Shown: positions 15,711 to 19,460 of the stretch, in pieces
Layout: every line of letters starts with the position of its first letter
Numbering within the stretch: the stretch's first letter is position 1
IMG/VR virus record: IMGVR_UViG_2693429706_000003
Direction: 5' to 3' (one strand)
Origin: a virus
Lineage: Duplodnaviria > Heunggongvirae > Uroviricota > Caudoviricetes
Length of the DNA stretch: 19,460 nt
Position numbers and translations under genes: made by a program
Notes under the pieces: model-generated
Databases searched by the model: none
Told to the model about the DNA's origin: nothing
Seen by the model: only the letters and a program-made list of their open reading frames with translations

Positions 15711-16763
15711 ATGAAAAATACTGTAAAAATAAACAGTGCTGATTTAATCAACGCTGATTGCCTGCATTTTATTCAGTCCCTGCCTGATGATTCCATTGAC
15801 CTGATTGTTACCGATCCGCCGTACTTCAAGGTGAAACCCAACGGCTGGGACAATCAGTGGAAAGGGGACGAAGATTACCTTAAGTGGCTGGACCACTGTC
15901 TGGCCCAGTTCTGGCGGGTGTTAAAACCTGCCGGAAGCCTTTACCTGTTCTGTGGGCATCGCCTGGCATCTGATATTGAGATCATGATGCGTGAACGTTT
16001 CAACGTGCTTAACCATATCATCTGGGCGAAGCCGTCCGGACGTTGGAATGGGTGTAATAAAGAAAGTCTGCGCGCATATTTTCCTGCCACAGAGCGCGTT
16101 CTGTTTGCTGAACATTACCAGGGGCCATATCGCGGCAAAAGTGACGGCTATGCGGCAAAAGAAAGGGAACTCAAACAGCACATAATGGCACCGCTGATAT
16201 CGTATTTCAGGGATGCTCGTGCCGAACTGGGTATAACGGCAAAACAAATTGCCGAAGCCACAGGTAAGAAAAATATGGTTTCCCACTGGTTTGGTGCCAG
16301 TCAGTGGCAGTTGCCGAATGAGGCTGACTATCGGAAGTTACAGGCACTGTTTTCCCGTATAGCGGCAGAGAAGTTTCAGGAACAACAACTGGAACAACCA
16401 CACCACCAGCTGGTGGCATCTTATGATTCACTGAATCGCAAATATTCTGAATTGCTGGATGAGTTTAAATCTCTCCGGCGCTATTTCTCCGTATCAGTCT
16501 CCGTGCCTTATACCGATGTCTGGATGCATAAACCCGTTCAGTTCTACCCGGGTAAACATCCGTGTGAGAAACCGGCGGATATGCTCAGGCAAATAATCAA
16601 TGCCAGTAGTCGACCTGGTGATCTGGTTGCTGATTTTTTTATGGGATCCGGTTCCACAATAAAAGCAGCAATGGCGCTGGGGCGTCGGGCCTTAGGTGTT
16701 GAGCTTGAGTCAGAGCGGTTTAACCAGACAGTGAAAGAGATAAACGAGCTGGTGGGGAAATAA
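15711..16763 (+). CDS. orphan beta-class amino DNA methyltransferase (N6_N4_Mtase family, probably N6-adenine)
   Basis: 350 aa. 'DLIVTDPPYF' (motif IV) near the N-terminus and 'DFFMGSGSTIKAAMALGRRALGVE' (motif I, AdoMet binding) near the C-terminus give the beta-class order. No restriction endonuclease gene adjacent. Confidence 0.8.
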   Translation: MKNTVKINSADLINADCLHFIQSLPDDSIDLIVTDPPYFKVKPNGWDNQWKGDEDYLKWLDHCLAQFWRVLKPAGSLYLFCGHRLASDIEIMMRERFNVLNHIIWAKPSGRWNGCNKESLRAYFPATERVLFAEHYQGPYRGKSDGYAAKERELKQHIMAPLISYFRDARAELGITAKQIAEATGKKNMVSHWFGASQWQLPNEADYRKLQALFSRIAAEKFQEQQLEQPHHQLVASYDSLNRKYSELLDEFKSLRRYFSVSVSVPYTDVWMHKPVQFYPGKHPCEKPADMLRQIINASSRPGDLVADFFMGSGSTIKAAMALGRRALGVELESERFNQTVKEINELVGK

Positions 16764-16830
16764 TCTGGTGTCCACGTCAGGTGGCCTTTTTATTTCCATT
16801 ACACAGCACCCGCATCTGCGAGGTGGGGTT

Positions 16831-16878
16831 ATGAAATCCATGGATAAGTTAACAACGGGTGTCGCCTATGGCACCTCA
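16831..16878 (+). CDS. 5' fragment of an S21-type pinholin gene, truncated by the assembly gap
   Basis: GAGGTGGGG SD then 'MKSMDKLTTGVAYGTS', matching the dual-start N-terminus (Met1/Met4) of phage 21 / DLP12 EssD holin as recalled. The ORF runs into the N block. Confidence 0.55.
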
Positions 16879-16888
16879 NNNNNNNNNN
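16879..16888. other. assembly gap (10 N)
   Basis: Literal run of n characters. Contiguity between the prophage and copA cannot be assumed. Confidence 0.99.
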
Positions 16889-16955
16889 CGCATCCGGCAG
16901 TCATGCGTCGATGCCAAATGCGCCACCCTAAAGCAGCGCATCCGCAATGATGTAC

Positions 16956-19460
16956 TTATTCCTTCGGTTTAAACCGCAGCAACCGGTTGGCGTTACTCAC
17001 TACGGTAATCGACGAGAGCGCCATTGCCGCTCCGGCAACTACCGGGTTAAGCAGTGTTCCAGTGAACGGCCACAAAATACCGGCGGCGACCGGAATACCG
17101 ATACTGTTGTAGATAAACGCACCGAGCAGGTTCTGCTTCATGTTGTGCAGCGTTGCGCGGGAAATAGCGAGCGCATCCGCAACGCCCATCAGGCTATGGC
17201 GCATCAGGGTAATCGCCGCGGTTTCAATGGCAACATCACTGCCGCCACCCATCGCAATGCCGACATCCGCCTGAGCCAGCGCTGGCGCGTCGTTAATGCC
17301 GTCGCCCACCATTGCCACCTGACGTCCTTCACTTTGCAGATGTTTGATCGCTTCGGCTTTACCGTCCGGCAGCACCCCGGCGATCACCTCATCAATCCCT
17401 GCTTCTTTGGCGATCGCATTGGCGGTGGTTGGGTTATCCCCGGTCAACATCACCAGACGATATCCCGCTTTATGCAGGCGTTGCAGCGCCGCCACGCTAT
17501 CACTACGCAATGGATCGCGTACAGCCAGCAGGGCTACTGCTTTCCCGTCAATCGCCAGCAGCACAGGCGTTGCTCCTTGCGATGCCTGAGCTGAAATATC
17601 GGCTTCAATCGCTTTAGTATCGACTTGCTGATCATTTAACAACGCCTGATTGCCCAGCAATAACGCATGACCTTCAGCTTCACCGCTCACGCCCAGCCCG
17701 CGCAATGTGCGGAAACCGTTGACCTGCGGTAGCTGCATATCGCCTGCTTTATCGAGGATCGCTCGTGCCAGCGGATGGCTGGAACCTTGTTCCAGTGCCG
17801 CCGCCAGACGCAATGCCTGCGCTTCATCAACATCAGCAAATGTTTTCACTGCGACAACCTGCGGCTTCCCTTCGGTCAGCGTCCCGGTTTTATCGAACAC
17901 GACGGTATCGAGTGTACTGGCGCGTTGCAGCGCGTCGGCGTCCCGCACCAGCACGCCAAACTCAGCCGCCCGCCCGACGCCGGAAATAATCGACATCGGC
18001 GTCGCCAGCCCCAGCGCACACGGACAGGCGATAATCAGTACCGTGGTGGCAATCACCAGGGTATAAACAATTTGCGGTGCCGGACCAAAGAAGTACCAGA
18101 TTGCCGCACTGACCAGCGCAATCACCACCACCACAGGTACAAATACGGCTGAGATTTTATCCGCCAGCTGACCGATTTCTGGCTTGCTGCTCTGGGCCTG
18201 GCGCACCATGCGAATGATCCGTGACAGCGTGGTATGGCTGCCAACCGCACTGGCACGAAACAGCACACTGCCGTCCTGTACCACTGTCCCGGCATGGACG
18301 CTTTCGCCTTCGCCTTTTTGCTGTGGGATTGGTTCGCCCGTCAGCATCGCTTCATCCAGCCATGCTTCGCCCTGGGTAATCTCGCCATCTACCGGCACGC
18401 GATCGCCGGTCGTCAGGCGCAGTAACATCCCTGGCTGAACTTCCGCCAGCGGCACGCTTTTTTCACCCTCTGCGGTGACCACTCGCGCCGTCGGTGGGGT
18501 TAAATCGAGTAATTTCTCCAGCGCCTTAGAAGAACGCTGACGTGCGCGCGCTTCCAGCATATGGCCGAGATTAATCAGACCGATAATCATCGCACTGGCT
18601 TCATAGTAAAGATGCCGCGCTTCCATCGGGAACCACTGCGGCCACAGGTTGACGCTCATCGAATAGAGCCACGCCACACCCGTTCCCAGCGCCACCAGCG
18701 TATCCATCGTCGCTGCACCGTTCAGCAGGCTTTTCCATGCACTGCGGTAAAAATGGCCGCCGGCGAAAACCATCACTGCCAGGGTTATCAGGCCGATAAC
18801 TAACCACAAGCTGCGGTTGTCAGCGGTGACCATCATGTTATCGCCGATCATCCCCCAGACCATTACCGGGATACCCACAGCCAGTGCAACAATTGCCTGC
18901 CAGCGGAAGCGCTTCATCGTAGCTACGGCGGTTTCTTGCTGGCGCTCGCGGCGTTTAGCGTCATCTTCAATCGCTTCCGCACCGTAGCCCGCTTTTTCCA
19001 CCGCCTGCACTAAATCTTGTGGGGAGGCACTGCCCATCACCAGCGCAGTACGCTCCGCCAGGTTTACCCGTGCCTGAGTGACGCCCGGTACGCTTTGCAG
19101 CGCATTTTGTACGCGGGTGACACAGCTGGCGCAGCTCATGCCGCTCAGCAGCAACTGCTGGCTGTCATCGTCATCGGCGGTCGCTGCCGGAAGCGCCTCA
19201 GAAACCGCTGTCAGTGCTTCCGACGGGATTGATGACTCCGCCAGCGGTTTAGCCTTTGGGTGGCTTACAGATGCGTCATAACCCGCTTGTTTGATGGTTT
19301 CGATCAGCTGTTCTGCACTGGCAGTCCCGGTAACGTGCGCTTCAGTGATAGACACATCCGCCTGCTCAACATCCGGGCGCTGTTCAAGACTTTCTTTCAC
19401 GCGTTTAACGCAGTGACCGCAGGACAGGCCGTCCAGGGTCAGGTCGATAGTTTGTGACAT
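16956..19460 (-). CDS. copA: copper-exporting P1B-type ATPase CopA
   Basis: 834 aa, full length. Two N-terminal CxxC metal-binding domains (GLSCGHC, GMSCASC), CPC membrane motif, DKTGT phosphorylation site, GDGINDAP hinge. Sequence matches E. coli CopA as recalled. Confidence 0.95.
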   Translation of the reverse strand: MSQTIDLTLDGLSCGHCVKRVKESLEQRPDVEQADVSITEAHVTGTASAEQLIETIKQAGYDASVSHPKAKPLAESSIPSEALTAVSEALPAATADDDDSQQLLLSGMSCASCVTRVQNALQSVPGVTQARVNLAERTALVMGSASPQDLVQAVEKAGYGAEAIEDDAKRRERQQETAVATMKRFRWQAIVALAVGIPVMVWGMIGDNMMVTADNRSLWLVIGLITLAVMVFAGGHFYRSAWKSLLNGAATMDTLVALGTGVAWLYSMSVNLWPQWFPMEARHLYYEASAMIIGLINLGHMLEARARQRSSKALEKLLDLTPPTARVVTAEGEKSVPLAEVQPGMLLRLTTGDRVPVDGEITQGEAWLDEAMLTGEPIPQQKGEGESVHAGTVVQDGSVLFRASAVGSHTTLSRIIRMVRQAQSSKPEIGQLADKISAVFVPVVVVIALVSAAIWYFFGPAPQIVYTLVIATTVLIIACPCALGLATPMSIISGVGRAAEFGVLVRDADALQRASTLDTVVFDKTGTLTEGKPQVVAVKTFADVDEAQALRLAAALEQGSSHPLARAILDKAGDMQLPQVNGFRTLRGLGVSGEAEGHALLLGNQALLNDQQVDTKAIEADISAQASQGATPVLLAIDGKAVALLAVRDPLRSDSVAALQRLHKAGYRLVMLTGDNPTTANAIAKEAGIDEVIAGVLPDGKAEAIKHLQSEGRQVAMVGDGINDAPALAQADVGIAMGGGSDVAIETAAITLMRHSLMGVADALAISRATLHNMKQNLLGAFIYNSIGIPVAAGILWPFTGTLLNPVVAGAAMALSSITVVSNANRLLRFKPKE
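19254..19260 (-). promoter_or_regulatory. copA: copA programmed -1 ribosomal frameshift slippery heptamer (C CCA AAG)
   Basis: Minus-strand CAC CCA AAG GCT at codons His67-Pro68-Lys69. A -1 slip reads CCC AAA GGC TAA, ending a 70-aa product, the size reported for CopA(Z). Confidence 0.6.

Noticed and set aside
16768-16950. 60-aa ORF spanning the N block
   Set aside because: Artefact of translating across the gap. Only the 16 codons from ATG 16831 to the gap are supportable as a holin fragment.
16947-19457. Multiple plus-strand ORFs (for example 16947..17594, 17775..18152, 18184..18438) inside copA
   Set aside because: Antisense shadow ORFs within a GC-rich, well-conserved copA coding sequence.

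Overview
Most of this window (1..16878) is the early and regulatory half of a lambdoid prophage of Escherichia coli, joined across a 10-N assembly gap (16879..16888) to the chromosomal copper exporter gene copA (16956..19460, minus strand). Everything here is read by eye from the sequence and ORF track; no searches were run, so family names are motif-based recognitions that need HMM or BLAST confirmation. Left to right: (i) a low-GC plus-strand cargo cassette with a Panacea (DUF4065)-like protein, an overlapping unknown partner and a strongly signalled 57-aa ORF, closed by a bidirectional terminator; (ii) a minus-strand early-left operon (PrtN/Xis-like, DEDDh exonuclease, DUF551, Ea22-like, YfdR/YfdQ/YfdP-like); (iii) a ~690 bp ORF-poor leader with a 15-bp perfect inverted repeat and no N-like gene; (iv) the immunity region (cI-like S24 repressor, cro-like gene, three matching operator palindromes); (v) an early-right operon of translationally coupled genes (CII-like, Rha-domain, O-like initiator with in-gene iterons, PerC-like, Dam-like methyltransferase, LexA-DBD-only protein, RusA, KilA-N, DUF968, QuuD-like Q); (vi) a cargo block between Q and the lysis genes (AT-rich 205-aa ORF behind an SD-sequestering hairpin, terminator, small ORF, orphan beta-class DNA methyltransferase); (vii) the first 16 codons of an S21-type pinholin, cut by the gap. 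The best candidates for undescribed biology are the Panacea cassette (1..989) and the AT-rich post-Q ORF (14463..15080).
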